The position numbers and the translations under genes are program-made. This document shows positions 54,347 through 64,000 of a DNA stretch of 64,000 bases, one piece after another. The notes below the pieces were generated by a model. It was not told the DNA's origin and did not search any database. It saw only the letters and a list, made by a program, of their open reading frames with translations. How positions within the stretch are numbered: the stretch's first letter is position 1; each line of letters opens with the position of its first letter. Source of the DNA: Longimicrobiales bacterium (GTDB lineage: Bacteria > Gemmatimonadota > Gemmatimonadetes > Longimicrobiales > Gaopeijiaceae); contig CAXXKM010000003.1 in the NCBI GenBank assembly GCA_963664435.2, positions 1,280,001 to 1,344,000 of the forward strand, written 5' to 3'.

Positions 54347-54642
54347 CAGGATGGCGCGTTCATGCACCGCCCTCCCTGACGGCGCGGGCGGGTGGTCGCG
54401 GATCGGAGAAGGAAGGTATCCGGCCCCGCCAGGAGGGTCAACGCGGTGGCGGCCCCCGACCGCTCCCGTTCCCGAAGCCATTCCGGGAGCGAACCGCAGG
54501 GACGGCCGGGAGGACAGCCACGATCTCGAAACGTCCCATTCGGCCATGGGAGAGCCCGCCTCCAGAGCCTAACCTATCTGGGACTCATTCCGGGAATCCG
54601 CCGGTGACTCCCTGACTTTCCTCGAATGGACGGAGGCTCTGG

Positions 54643-55206
54643 TTGAACGAGATCGCGGAGCGAATCAACCGGGTGATGTCGGAGACCGGAATGATCGCCG
54701 CCAGCCTGGACACGCTCATGCGCAGGCTCGGGCGGGAGGGCGATGCGGAACCCGCGGCTGCACAGGTGGTCGAGGCCGTGCTCCACCACCCCGACCGGTA
54801 TCGCCTCCTCGATCCCATGCGCGGAGCGTGGACCGCCGGCAACCTGCACCAGTCGCCGGGGCCCTACGAGAAGGTGCTCTCGGAGCAATATCTCACACCC
54901 TGCCCCTGGGTGGTCCTGCTTGACACCAACGATCGCCGGTTTCCACACCGCGACCCTCTGGTCCGCTGGAACCACCGAACGCTGGCCTGCCTTGCCCGCA
55001 GTCTGGACGCGAAGTCGCCGTCCGCCGTCAACCGCTGGTTCCGACTGCTGAGGGAGCACCGGCGCCTGCAGAGACAACGCAACGCGGCGGGGCTGTGGTT
55101 TGCCTACCCGTCCGAGGGTCCGGGAACCAGTCGGAAGGTCCCCGCCCACCAGCCGTCTTCGGCATCGTCGTCCCGCAGACGGAAACCCCAGGGCGCGGCC
55201 TCGTAG
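54643..55206 (+). CDS. Hypothetical protein
   Basis: GGAGG 6 bp upstream of a TTG start; protein-like composition up to about residue 155; overlaps the prmA 3' end. Confidence 0.6.
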   Translation: MNEIAERINRVMSETGMIAASLDTLMRRLGREGDAEPAAAQVVEAVLHHPDRYRLLDPMRGAWTAGNLHQSPGPYEKVLSEQYLTPCPWVVLLDTNDRRFPHRDPLVRWNHRTLACLARSLDAKSPSAVNRWFRLLREHRRLQRQRNAAGLWFAYPSEGPGTSRKVPAHQPSSASSSRRRKPQGAAS

Positions 55207-55985
55207 GCGAAGTCGCCTGATTCTTCCGCGAGCAATCCCGACACCAGGAGCCAGCCCCCGGGCGCCAGGGCGGCGGCGAAGCCGGGCAGGAGAGCGGTCA
55301 GCGCCTCGCTCTCGATGTTCGCGGCCACGCCGTCCAGAGGGTGGTGAGCTGCGAGCCAGTCGGGCGACACCTCACGCTCCTGGACGTCGACCACCGCGCC
55401 GGCGCGGTTGACGTCCACGTTGTCGAGGGCCGCTGCGCAGGCCATGGGATCGTTGTCCACAGCCAGCACGCGCCCGGCGCCGAGCCTGGCCGCGGCGATG
55501 GCGAGGATGCCGGAACCCGTTCCCACGTCCGCAATGGCGGCCCCCGGGCGAATCGCGGTGTCGAGCAGCCGCAGGGCGCATCGGGTCGAGGCGTGGCCGG
55601 CGGTGCCGAACGCCACACCGGGATCGAGGACGATCAGCACGCCTTCATCCGGCTCCGGCGGGAGGTCCCAGGTCGGCGCCACGGTGATGCGGCGGCTGAC
55701 CCGCGTGGGCCCGAGCCCTCGCCTCCAGGTCTCCGCCCATTCCTCGTGCGGCTGCCAGTGCCAGCGCAGATCGACCGTGTGGCCCGCCGCCCGGTTCAGT
55801 TCGCTGCCGAGGGCGGCCAGGAACGCCGGGACGTCGGCGGGGGGCGTGAAATGGGTGACCAGCGTGCCGTCCGCCTGCTCAACCGCGGCACGCGCACCCG
55901 CGCGGACGAGTTCCGCGGCCACCAGACCGGTCGTGGCGGAATCGGGTACGCCGGCGACGACGGCGAGCCAGCGATCGGGTTTCAT
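55104..55985 (-). CDS. prmA: Ribosomal protein L11 methyltransferase
   Basis: W...WR, DPG.AFGTA.H.ST, DVGTGSGILAI, ANI, SGL; follows dnaJ. Confidence 0.9.
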   Translation of the reverse strand: MKPDRWLAVVAGVPDSATTGLVAAELVRAGARAAVEQADGTLVTHFTPPADVPAFLAALGSELNRAAGHTVDLRWHWQPHEEWAETWRRGLGPTRVSRRITVAPTWDLPPEPDEGVLIVLDPGVAFGTAGHASTRCALRLLDTAIRPGAAIADVGTGSGILAIAAARLGAGRVLAVDNDPMACAAALDNVDVNRAGAVVDVQEREVSPDWLAAHHPLDGVAANIESEALTALLPGFAAALAPGGWLLVSGLLAEESGDFAYEAAPWGFRLRDDDAEDGWWAGTFRLVPGPSDG

Positions 55986-56034
55986 GGCGGGACGGATGGG
56001 ACCGGGCGGCGGGCCAGCAGCCCGTGGACGCCGC

Positions 56035-57180
56035 CTACGGTACGAAGGCCTCCTTGACGCGTGCCCAGAAACCTCGCCTGCCCCGCCCCGCATGCTCGGG
56101 CACCGGCTCCTCCACCTCCCGCAGCCGTTCCAGCGCCTCCCGCTGCCGCCGGTCGAGGTCCTCGGGGGTCCAGACGACCACGCGCACCAGTTGGTCGCCC
56201 CTGGTGCCCCCTTCCAGGTCGGGCAGTCCGAGGCCGCGCATGCGCAGCACCTCGCCGGTCTGGATCCCGGCGGGCACCGAAAGGGGCGCGATTCCCCCGA
56301 CGGTCGGCACGTCGACGTGATCGCCCAACGCGGCCTGGGTGAAGGTCACGTGAAGCTCGTGGACGAGGTCGTTGCCGTCCCTCCTGAAGTCGGGATGGTC
56401 CTCCACGGTGATCAGGACGGTGATGTCGCCGCGCGGTCCTCCCCGCGGCCCCGCGTTGCCCTGCCCCCGCAGGGTGATGTAGTTCTCCGACGAGACGCCC
56501 GCGGGCACCTCGACGGTGATGGTGGATTCCTCGCGCACCCGGCCCTCGCCGCGGCATGCGGGACAGGGATCCTGGATGACCTGTCCCTCCCCCCCGCACC
56601 TGCGGCACGGTTGCACGCTCACGAATTGTCCGAAGGGGGAACGCTGGCTGATGCGCTCCTGGCCGGTGCCGCTGCAGCCCGGACAGAGCGTCGGTCCGGA
56701 ACCACGCGCCCCGGTGGCGCCACAGTCGTCGCAGGCCTCGAGCAGGCTCACCCGCAAGCGCTTGTCGACTCCGCTCGCGACCTCCGCCAGCGTGAGGGGA
56801 AGACGCAGGCGAATGCCCTTCCCTCTCCGGCTGGGCGCGGTGCCGGAAGGACGACGGCCGAAAAGGTCGCCGAACGCGCCCCCGCCTCCGAAGTCCCGCA
56901 TGAAGATCTCGATCGCGTCCGAGAAGTCGAAGCCGCCGAAGCCGCCTCCTCCCTGGCCGCGGTTGAGTCCCTGCTCCCCGTAGCGGTCGTAGAGCTCCTT
57001 CTTCTCCGGATCGCTCAGAACCTCGTACGCGCGGGTGACCTCCTTGAAGCGCTCCTCCGCCTCCAGCGAACCCTGGTTGCGATCGGGATGGTGCTGCATC
57101 GCCAGACGCCGGTAGGCTTTCCGTATCTCCTGCACGTCCGCGCCCCGGGAAACGCCCAGGGTCTCGTAGTAGTCTGCCAT
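56035..57180 (-). CDS. dnaJ: Chaperone DnaJ
   Basis: J-domain HPD, G/F region, four CxxCxxxG zinc-finger repeats. Confidence 0.97.
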   Translation of the reverse strand: MADYYETLGVSRGADVQEIRKAYRRLAMQHHPDRNQGSLEAEERFKEVTRAYEVLSDPEKKELYDRYGEQGLNRGQGGGGFGGFDFSDAIEIFMRDFGGGGAFGDLFGRRPSGTAPSRRGKGIRLRLPLTLAEVASGVDKRLRVSLLEACDDCGATGARGSGPTLCPGCSGTGQERISQRSPFGQFVSVQPCRRCGGEGQVIQDPCPACRGEGRVREESTITVEVPAGVSSENYITLRGQGNAGPRGGPRGDITVLITVEDHPDFRRDGNDLVHELHVTFTQAALGDHVDVPTVGGIAPLSVPAGIQTGEVLRMRGLGLPDLEGGTRGDQLVRVVVWTPEDLDRRQREALERLREVEEPVPEHAGRGRRGFWARVKEAFVP

Positions 57181-57193
57181 TCGGACCCCGCGC

Positions 57194-58276
57194 TCAGCGC
57201 AGAATGTCGTTCACGAGTGAAGAAGTGTAGCCCACCAGGCTGATGACCTTTTCGTAGGGCATGCGCGTGGGACCGATGACACCCACCACCCCCTTGAGCC
57301 CACCCACGTGGTACTCGGCGGTCACGAGCGTGAAGCTCGACAGCGCTTCGTCCCGATGCTCCTGACCGATCGTGATGCGCAACCCGCCGCTGTGGCTGCG
57401 GTTGCTCAGCACGCCCTCCATGAGCTGGTTGTGCTCGGTCAATTCGATCAGGCTCTTGAGTCGCTGTCCGCTGGTGAACTCCGGCTGGCTGGCGAGGACC
57501 GAGGTCTGCCCGAAGAGCACGGGCGATCCACCGGCCTCCGGCCAGTCCAGCAGGGACTGCGCGGACTCCATGAAGATGTTCAGCAGCTCGGTGGCGGTTT
57601 CGCTGTCCGTGCCCGGGTCGCGAAGGCGTTCGGGCAGCGACTCCCTCAGGTCGGCGAAGGTGAGCCCGGCGAGACGCTCGTTCAGGATGACCGTCAGGGT
57701 CACCAGGGTATCCCGCGGAATCTCCAGTGGAAGATCGACGTAGACCGTGCGCACCAGCCCGTTGCGCACGGTGGCCACCATCAGCGCCTTGTGCGAGGAG
57801 AGCCGGATGAGTTCGATCTTTTCGAGTACCGCCGAGTCCAGGCTCGGGACCAGCCCCAGCCCCAGCTCGTGGCTGATCAGGCTGAGGGCGCGGGTGGTTC
57901 GCCGCACCAGGCGCTCGATCGGCGAGGCGGCATCCGGGTCGAGCTCCTCCTCGATGCGGTCGCGCTCCGCGTTGGTCAGGGGCGTGGGGCGGATGAGGCG
58001 GTCCACGAAGTACCGATAGGCGGAGTCGGTCGGGACCCGCCCGGCGGATGCGTGAGGCCGGGCCAGATAACCCTTCGACTCCAGTTCCGCCATGGTATTG
58101 CGGATGGTGGCGGCCGAAACCCCCAGCTTCCAGCGCCGGGTCACCGAGAGGCTGCCAACCGGACCGGCGGTGTCGACGTAGGTGCGTACCACCGCCTCCA
58201 ATACCTGTCGCTCCCGCGCCGTCAGCTCTTCGCGGACGACGATGCGTTCCTGCAATCCCCCTGTCCGCATCGTCAT
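57194..58276 (-). CDS. hrcA: Heat-inducible transcription repressor HrcA
   Basis: [35 protein letters not shown]. Confidence 0.95.
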   Translation of the reverse strand: MTMRTGGLQERIVVREELTARERQVLEAVVRTYVDTAGPVGSLSVTRRWKLGVSAATIRNTMAELESKGYLARPHASAGRVPTDSAYRYFVDRLIRPTPLTNAERDRIEEELDPDAASPIERLVRRTTRALSLISHELGLGLVPSLDSAVLEKIELIRLSSHKALMVATVRNGLVRTVYVDLPLEIPRDTLVTLTVILNERLAGLTFADLRESLPERLRDPGTDSETATELLNIFMESAQSLLDWPEAGGSPVLFGQTSVLASQPEFTSGQRLKSLIELTEHNQLMEGVLSNRSHSGGLRITIGQEHRDEALSSFTLVTAEYHVGGLKGVVGVIGPTRMPYEKVISLVGYTSSLVNDILR

Positions 58277-59493
58277 TCCATGTCCTTTCGACTCGTAACT
58301 GCTTTGTCCAGCTCGATGGCAAGGGCGTCGAGCAGCAGCCAGCCTTCGCATGTCAGGCGAAGTCTGCCGGCTTCGGCCCGGGCCCAACCCCGGCGAATCC
58401 ATCGCTCCGTCACGCCGTCGGCGCGCGCGGGCATCGACGCCAGGGACACGCCCCTCCGGGCGCGGAGTCCCAGCCAGATCCGCTCCAGGCGCAGTGCGGC
58501 CGGGTCCAGCACCTCGTGACCCGCGATCGCGGAGCCCCCCTGCGCGACCGATGTACTGTATTCCTCCCAGTCACGCAGGTTCCAGCGCCGCAAGGGCTTG
58601 CAAAAGCTGTGCGCTCCGTTGCCCAGACCGAGGTAGGGACGGCCCGACCAGTATACCTCATTATGGCGGGACTCCCGGCCAGGGAGGGCGAAGCTGCTGA
58701 CCTCGTAGTGAAGGTAGCCCGCCCCGGTGAGCCGTTCCACCGCTTCCAGGTATTCGTCCCGGTACCGACCCTCGGAGGCCACCCGCTCGCGCCCGCCGGC
58801 CACGGCCCGTCCCAGAGGCGTGCGCGCTTCCACCGTCAGCCCGTAGAGACTCATGTGCTCGACGCCCAGGTCGAGCGCGCGACCGAGATCGTCGCTCCAA
58901 TCGCGCGCCAGGTGCCCCGGAAGGCCGAAGATGAGGTCCGCGCTCACATTCCGGAAGCCGGCTCCCCGGGCGTTGTGCATGGCCTCGGCGCTACCCGCGG
59001 AACCGTGCAGGCGTCCCATCCAGCGCAGCGACGGCTCGTGGAAGCTCTGGACGCCCAGGCTGACCCGATTCACTCCGGCCTCTCGCCAGGCTCGCGCGAT
59101 GGCGGGCGTGAAGCTCTCCGGATTGGCCTCCGCGGTCCACTCCAGGAGGGGATGGCGCAGGAGGCGGGGTCCGATCAGGCTTGCGAGCCCGCCCATGGCG
59201 CCGGGGCCCAGCAGGGAAGGCGTGCCTCCCCCGACGTAGAGCGTCTGGAGCGGCTCCGGGAAGGAGAACAGCGCCTCGCGCCGGGCCTGGTCCCATTCCG
59301 CGGAGATCGCCTGCAGCCAGGCTTCGTGACCGCCCTCACGGTCCACCTTTACGGCGAAGTCGCAGTAGAAGCACCGGCGGGCGCAGAAGGGCGCGTGCAC
59401 GTAAACGGATACTGTCGCGCCATCCACCGAAGACGGCTCCTCCCGAGGTTGCTCCCCGCACCGCGTGCCGGCAGCCCGGGCGACTTCGTCCAT
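58273..59493 (-). CDS. hemW: Radical SAM heme chaperone HemW
   Basis: YVHAPFCARRCFYCDF, GGGTPS, EANP, RVSLGVQS, YEVSSF, HN..YW; upstream of hrcA. Confidence 0.9.
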   Translation of the reverse strand: MDEVARAAGTRCGEQPREEPSSVDGATVSVYVHAPFCARRCFYCDFAVKVDREGGHEAWLQAISAEWDQARREALFSFPEPLQTLYVGGGTPSLLGPGAMGGLASLIGPRLLRHPLLEWTAEANPESFTPAIARAWREAGVNRVSLGVQSFHEPSLRWMGRLHGSAGSAEAMHNARGAGFRNVSADLIFGLPGHLARDWSDDLGRALDLGVEHMSLYGLTVEARTPLGRAVAGGRERVASEGRYRDEYLEAVERLTGAGYLHYEVSSFALPGRESRHNEVYWSGRPYLGLGNGAHSFCKPLRRWNLRDWEEYSTSVAQGGSAIAGHEVLDPAALRLERIWLGLRARRGVSLASMPARADGVTERWIRRGWARAEAGRLRLTCEGWLLLDALAIELDKAVTSRKDME

Positions 59494-59499
59494 GGGCCG

Positions 59500-60627
59500 T
59501 CAGGTCGGGGATCTGGCGAAACGGAGCCCGGACGCGCGTCGCACCCATCCGTGAACCTCCATGACCGACAGGGTCGCCGCCGCGGTCGCGATGTCCATGC
59601 GGGCCCTCCGGGCGAGGAGGTCGATGTGGTCGGGGTCGGCCTCCAGCGCGTCCCACAGGGCCCGCTGGCGGGCGTCCAGTCCGGCGGGAGTACGGTCGGG
59701 GGAGCGCGCATCCGGGCATGCGCCTGCGAGGCCGGTTCCCAGGAGAACGTCGTCGGCGTTGGTAACCAGGCCGGCTCCGTCGCGGATCAGGGCATTGGCT
59801 CCCTCGCTCCGGGGACGGCCGACCGTTCCCGGAACCGCGAACACGTCCCGGCCGATTTCCAGGGCGTGGTCGACCGTGATCAGGGCGCCGCTTCTGATCG
59901 CAGCCTCCACGACCACCACCGCCCTGGAGAGGCCGGCGATCAACCGGTTGCGCCGTGGGAAGTGGTGCGGGAGAGGCGCTTCGCCCGGCAGGAACTCCGA
60001 GACCACAAGACCTCTCTCGAGGATGTCCCCGAAGAGTCGGCGGTGGGAGGGTGGATGTGCCCGGTCGGGCCCGCACCCGAGCACCGCGATGGTGTCTCCC
60101 CCCGCCGACAGGGCTCCCCGATGCGCGGCGCCGTCGATCCCCAGCGCCAGCCCGCTCACCACCGCCACTCCCGCCCGGGCCAGCCCCTCCCCCATGCTGC
60201 GCGCCATGCCGCGCCCGTACTCGCTGGCCTTGCGCGACCCGACCACGGCCACGGCGGGAGCGTTCAGCAGGGAGGGGTCTCCGCGCAGGAAGAGCAGCGG
60301 CGGCGGGTGGTGCAGGTGGTTCAGGCGCGCCGGAAACCCGGGCAGTTTGTATCCGGTCGCCAACGCCCCGATCCGCCGCGCGATGGCGAGCACTTCCGGG
60401 AGCGGCCGCGTGGTTTCGCCCGCCTCGCGTGCCCGGCGGGCGGGCGGCGGCAGCTTTTTCCGATCCGCCGAGAGCGCGGCGCGGGCGGAACCGAACTTGT
60501 CGATCAGGTGCCGCAGGCTCACCGCCCCGAATCCCTCGTGGAGGGTCCAGCGAATGCGGGCGACGATCTCGTCGTTCATGATGTCGAGCGGGGCTTCCGC
60601 CGCGGGGGAGGTCGATGGACCGGACAC
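59500..60627 (-). CDS. dprA: DNA-processing protein DprA
   Basis: PP.LF.RG, VGSR..S.YG, VSGLALGID..AH, FPRRNR, SGALIT. Start uncertain (GTG 60627 or ATG 60579). Confidence 0.92.
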   Translation of the reverse strand: MSGPSTSPAAEAPLDIMNDEIVARIRWTLHEGFGAVSLRHLIDKFGSARAALSADRKKLPPPARRAREAGETTRPLPEVLAIARRIGALATGYKLPGFPARLNHLHHPPPLLFLRGDPSLLNAPAVAVVGSRKASEYGRGMARSMGEGLARAGVAVVSGLALGIDGAAHRGALSAGGDTIAVLGCGPDRAHPPSHRRLFGDILERGLVVSEFLPGEAPLPHHFPRRNRLIAGLSRAVVVVEAAIRSGALITVDHALEIGRDVFAVPGTVGRPRSEGANALIRDGAGLVTNADDVLLGTGLAGACPDARSPDRTPAGLDARQRALWDALEADPDHIDLLARRARMDIATAAATLSVMEVHGWVRRASGLRFARSPT

Positions 60628-60632
60628 GACCG

Positions 60633-61625
60633 TCAGCTCGGTCGGGTTCGGCGCCAGAGCGCCTCGCACAGTTCGTCGAGGCCCCGTCGGGTCACCGCCG
60701 ACACCGCGAAGCACCCCCAGGCGTCGGGGGCCTCGATGCGGGGCGCCGGGGCGCCGGGATCCACCAGGTCCATCTTGGACACCACCAGGCAATGCTCCCT
60801 TGCAGCCAGTGCAAGGGAGTGGCTCCGCAGCTCGGAGCGCAGCCGCGCGTACTCGGCCTGGGGGTCGGTCGCGTCGGCCGGAATCAGATAGACCAGCGTG
60901 CGCGTGCGCTCGACGTGGCGCAGAAACCGCAACCCCAGGCCCTTCCCCTTGTGGGCGCCCTCGATGATCCCGGGGATGTCGGCCAGGACGAACGATCGGA
61001 AGTCGGGCAGGTGAACCACTCCCAGGCTGGGGACGAGCGTGGTGAAGGGATACTCCGCCACCTTGGGCCGGGCCGCCGAAATGCTCGCGAGCAAGGTCGA
61101 CTTGCCGGCATTGGGTTCTCCGACCAGGCCGACATCCGCGATCAGCCTGAGCTCAAGTTGGATACGGCGGGCCTCCCCCTCCGCGCCGGGCTCCCACCGC
61201 GTCGGCGCCTGGTTGCGCGAGGAGGCGAAGCGGGCGTTGCCCCGCCCCCCCCGTCCCCCCCGGGCGACCACCACCCGCTCGCCGGCCGCGACCAGTTCCC
61301 CAATGAGCTCCGAGGTGTCGGCGTCCCGCACGGTGGTGCCCGGCGGAACCGACACCACCCGGTCCGCCCCGCTGCGCCCGGTGCGGTTGTTGCCCCCTCC
61401 GTGCTGCCCCCTCTCCGCCCGGTAGTGACGCCGGTAGCTGAAATCGAGCAGGGTCGAGAGCTGGGGATCCGTGACCAGCACCACATCCCCCCCGCGGCCG
61501 CCATCTCCGCCGGACGGGCCGCCGCGCGGCGTGCCCTTCTCCCGCCGGAACGCCTCGGCCCCCGACCCCCCGGTTCCCGCAGCCACTTCGATAACGGCAC
61601 GGTCGACGAAGATCCCCTCGCCCAT
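60633..61625 (-). CDS. obgE: GTPase ObgE
   Basis: FVD, FRREK..P.GGP.GGDGG, G.PNAGKS, YPFTT, DIPG, SKMD. Confidence 0.95.
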   Translation of the reverse strand: MGEGIFVDRAVIEVAAGTGGSGAEAFRREKGTPRGGPSGGDGGRGGDVVLVTDPQLSTLLDFSYRRHYRAERGQHGGGNNRTGRSGADRVVSVPPGTTVRDADTSELIGELVAAGERVVVARGGRGGRGNARFASSRNQAPTRWEPGAEGEARRIQLELRLIADVGLVGEPNAGKSTLLASISAARPKVAEYPFTTLVPSLGVVHLPDFRSFVLADIPGIIEGAHKGKGLGLRFLRHVERTRTLVYLIPADATDPQAEYARLRSELRSHSLALAAREHCLVVSKMDLVDPGAPAPRIEAPDAWGCFAVSAVTRRGLDELCEALWRRTRPS

Positions 61626-61628
61626 CCG

Positions 61629-62375
61629 CTACCTTCCCTCCCCGCCCGGACGCGCGATCTCCCCCGCGTTCCGTTCGCCGCCCTTCCCACCTTCCGGCTC
61701 ACCGGGCCGTACGCCGTCCCGCACCTGCGGCCCGCCTTCTTCCCGGCGGGACACCACCCGGCGCCATGTGGCGCGGGCCGCCGCGCCCCGGGTCTCGTCC
61801 ATGAAGCGACCGGCCACCTCCAGGGTTTCCACCAGCGCGTCCGCCGGAGCGCCCAGGTTGAGCGCCCCGCGCATGTGCGAATACAGCTGGGGTCCGGCGT
61901 CCGCCACGGCGAGCAGGGCCACGATGCAGTACTCGCGGGTGAGCGGGGCCAGTCCGGGACGGCTGAGCACCTTGCCGTAGCCCTCGACCACCATCCACCG
62001 CTCCAGGTCGGGGTGCAGGCGCCGGACGTTGTCGCGCAGCTCGCCGTACTGCGTGGAGTAGACGCGCCGGCAAAGCGCCGCGCCCCGACGCGCCCATCCC
62101 GGCCAGTCGTCGCGGCTCGCACCCGTGGGCGGCGGGCTCAGCTTCCGCCACAGGGCCAGCGCGGCGAGAGCGGCCGGGTATCCAAGGAACAGGTAGCTCT
62201 GCAGCAGCGCTTCTTCCACCTCCAGCGGGTCGGCGGCGAGCGCCGCGTCCGCGAGCGCTCTGCGGAGGGCGTCCTCGCTTCCCGAAGCCAGCGCGGCACT
62301 CGCCACCACCAGCGACCGCTCCGCAGTGGAGAGCGACGCCGCGGCCACGGCTTCACCCCCGGTCCGGCCGGTCAC
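61629..62375 (-). CDS. Carboxymuconolactone decarboxylase/AhpD-like protein
   Basis: EEALLQSYLFLGYP, YGKVLSRPGL..RE, QLYSH.RGALN.G; GTG start overlapping the asparaginase stop is inferred. Confidence 0.75.
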   Translation of the reverse strand: MTGRTGGEAVAAASLSTAERSLVVASAALASGSEDALRRALADAALAADPLEVEEALLQSYLFLGYPAALAALALWRKLSPPPTGASRDDWPGWARRGAALCRRVYSTQYGELRDNVRRLHPDLERWMVVEGYGKVLSRPGLAPLTREYCIVALLAVADAGPQLYSHMRGALNLGAPADALVETLEVAGRFMDETRGAAARATWRRVVSRREEGGPQVRDGVRPGEPEGGKGGERNAGEIARPGGEGR

Positions 62376-63400
62376 CGATTCATCTCGACACGGAACAGGT
62401 TCTCGATCCGTCCCACATCCACCCCCAGGGTATTGACTACCTCCATGCGCCCCTCCGCGAGTGCCGCGACGTCGGCCGCGTCCGCGATGTCCAGATCCGA
62501 CAGCACCCCGATGAGGGCCATGTCGCTCGCGCGCCGGGCCCCGTCCTCCACCTTGAGAGCAAAGCCCAGGCCGCGCCCGCGCACGCCTCCGCAGTACACG
62601 CCCTCGGCGCCCGTCTTGACGAACACCCGGCCACCCAGCCGCTGCATGACCGCCGTGCAGGTGCGACCCGTTCCCCCTACCGCGAACGGATGCCCCGTCA
62701 TCGCAGCCACGATGCGCGCCGCCGGATCTCCCGCATCCGCCGCCGCCGTGAAGCGTGCGAAGGACGCCGCCATCTCCGCCAGCGACAGCGCGAAGGTCAC
62801 CACCCCGCATCCGTCCGTCCCCGTCACGAGTTCCGATGCCGCCACCCCCGTCCAGCGCGCGATCTCGGCGAGCATGCGCTGCTGCACGGGATGCCCGCGC
62901 TCGAGATACCCCTCCGGGGGCCATCCCCGGGCCACCGCCAGGGCGAGCATCCCCGCGTGTTTTCCCGAACAGTTGTTGTGAACGGCGCGGAGCCGGACGC
63001 CCCGGGCCCACAATTCGCGAGCCCTCTCCGGTCGCAGCGACGGATGCGGCCCGCATGCCAGCGCGCGCTCGTCCAGCCCGGTCCTGGCCAGCATGCTTTG
63101 CGCCAGAGCCAGGTGTTCGGGTTCGGCGTTGTGGGACGCGCAGCACAGCGCGAGCTCCTCTCGCGTGAATCCGAATCGCTCCACCACGCCGTCTTCCACA
63201 AGCGGAAGCGCCTGGAAGGGCTTTGCGGCCGATCGGTAGAACGCAACCTGCGCCGGGTCGCCACACCCGCCGATCAACCGCCCGCGGGCATCGGCGACCG
63301 CAACGTGCACCCGATGAATCGACTCGGTGGTGCCGCAGCGCGTAACCCGGACATGAGGCCCCACACCCCGCCGTGCCGGCCGGCTCATGTCCCGGCTCAC
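62372..63400 (-). CDS. L-asparaginase II (Rhizobium etli AnsA-type) family
   Basis: ES.H, RSAAKPFQA, CASH, HNNCSGKH, DGCG, KTGAEG, KVEDG..RA. Confidence 0.88.
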   Translation of the reverse strand: MSRDMSRPARRGVGPHVRVTRCGTTESIHRVHVAVADARGRLIGGCGDPAQVAFYRSAAKPFQALPLVEDGVVERFGFTREELALCCASHNAEPEHLALAQSMLARTGLDERALACGPHPSLRPERARELWARGVRLRAVHNNCSGKHAGMLALAVARGWPPEGYLERGHPVQQRMLAEIARWTGVAASELVTGTDGCGVVTFALSLAEMAASFARFTAAADAGDPAARIVAAMTGHPFAVGGTGRTCTAVMQRLGGRVFVKTGAEGVYCGGVRGRGLGFALKVEDGARRASDMALIGVLSDLDIADAADVAALAEGRMEVVNTLGVDVGRIENLFRVEMNR

Positions 63401-63509
63401 GAAAGAGGCGGACGCGGTCCGCGACTCGCACGAGAAAGGAACATCGATTCTCCGGGCGATGGAATGGCAGGATGGGCCGCCCGGTGCTCGAGGGCCGGCG
63501 GACGCTCCC

Positions 63510-64000
63510 TCAGAACGATCCCGGGCCCGGCGAATCGCCCTGGGCGATGCCGCCCGCAGCCGGAGCGGCGCTCGCGAGGGACTCCTCGGCGGTCACCAGA
63601 TCGAACAGATCCTGCTGCGAGCGCGCACGCGCCAGCAACTCCACGGCGCGCGCCAGCGCCCGATCTGCGGTCATCAGACGGAGGAATTCGCCTTCCGCAC
63701 CGGCACGCCTGAGGGCAATCTCGCGCTCCAGCTGGAACCGGATAAAGCGTTCCGCGCGCTCCAACGCGGCGGCCTCCGCGTCAACGCCTCGCTCCGCAAG
63801 GTGCTGCCGGAAGCGCGCCAGATCGGCATCCCCGATCGCGGACCCGGGAGGGAGGTTCGGCCTCTCCTGAATGTAGAGAACGGCGAACTCGAACAGGGCG
63901 TTGCTGAAACCACGGGCCTGCCGCCACAGTCGAAGCACCGCCGTCTCTTCCGCGTCGGTCAGGGTATCGGGAAGCACCCGCAGATCCGGCGTGATGCCGC
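63510..64000 (-). CDS. C-terminal part of an S41 (CtpA/Prc-like) protease, truncated by the window edge
   Basis: The frame read from the window edge gives GITPDLRV..D, then a helical tail ending D..L.RA..LL. Confidence 0.6.
   Translation of the reverse strand, partial: GITPDLRVLPDTLTDAEETAVLRLWRQARGFSNALFEFAVLYIQERPNLPPGSAIGDADLARFRQHLAERGVDAEAAALERAERFIRFQLEREIALRRAGAEGEFLRLMTADRALARAVELLARARSQQDLFDLVTAEESLASAAPAAGGIAQGDSPGPGSF

Noticed and set aside
54347..54642. Possible ncRNA or riboswitch in this and other larger intergenic gaps (20869-21148, 11560-11731, 5224-5430)
   Set aside because: No recognisable conserved motif by eye; most are adequately explained as promoter regions. An Rfam scan would be needed to exclude one.

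Overview
High-GC bacterial genomic DNA. Gene content (Minf_1886 protein, cdaA, MutS2, expanded beta-propeller family, many lipoproteins) suggests Gemmatimonadota; this is an inference. The window has two parts. (1) 1-22.4 kb is an accessory region dominated by exported or lipoprotein products: five paralogous 6-bladed beta-propeller-like genes (three in a mosaic tandem array, one double-frameshifted), a class C beta-lactamase-like serine hydrolase, an Xre/RES toxin-antitoxin pair, a CapA-family protein, an NHL/PAL-like protein, an amidase, a gamma-glutamyltransferase, a HAD hydrolase, a signal-peptide-bearing dihydropyrimidinase, a cyclophilin, a GWxTD-like protein and a PQQ/sorbosone dehydrogenase. 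(2) 22.4-64 kb is core genome, almost all on the minus strand. In transcription order: S41 protease (partial), asparaginase II, CMD/AhpD-like, obgE, dprA, hemW, hrcA, dnaJ, prmA; mutS2, dnaG, Zn-ribbon, recJ, rsmD, coaD, RsbV/RsbW/RsbU-like module, rsmA, DEDDh exonuclease, thiolase, bioY, hbd, ACAD, Leu dehydrogenase, glyA, Minf_1886, small Cys protein, nnr, thiL, plsC, eno, ftsB; tRNA-Met(CAT); GDPD, tilS, hpt, ftsH, cdaA. No CRISPR array, rRNA, transposase, integrase or reverse transcriptase was seen. The most notable signals are the recombining propeller array, a translationally coupled 23-codon mini-ORF where folP often sits, a cluster of exported amide-bond hydrolases, and a partner-switching module with no sigma factor. 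All calls are by-eye motif recognition; no database searches were run.
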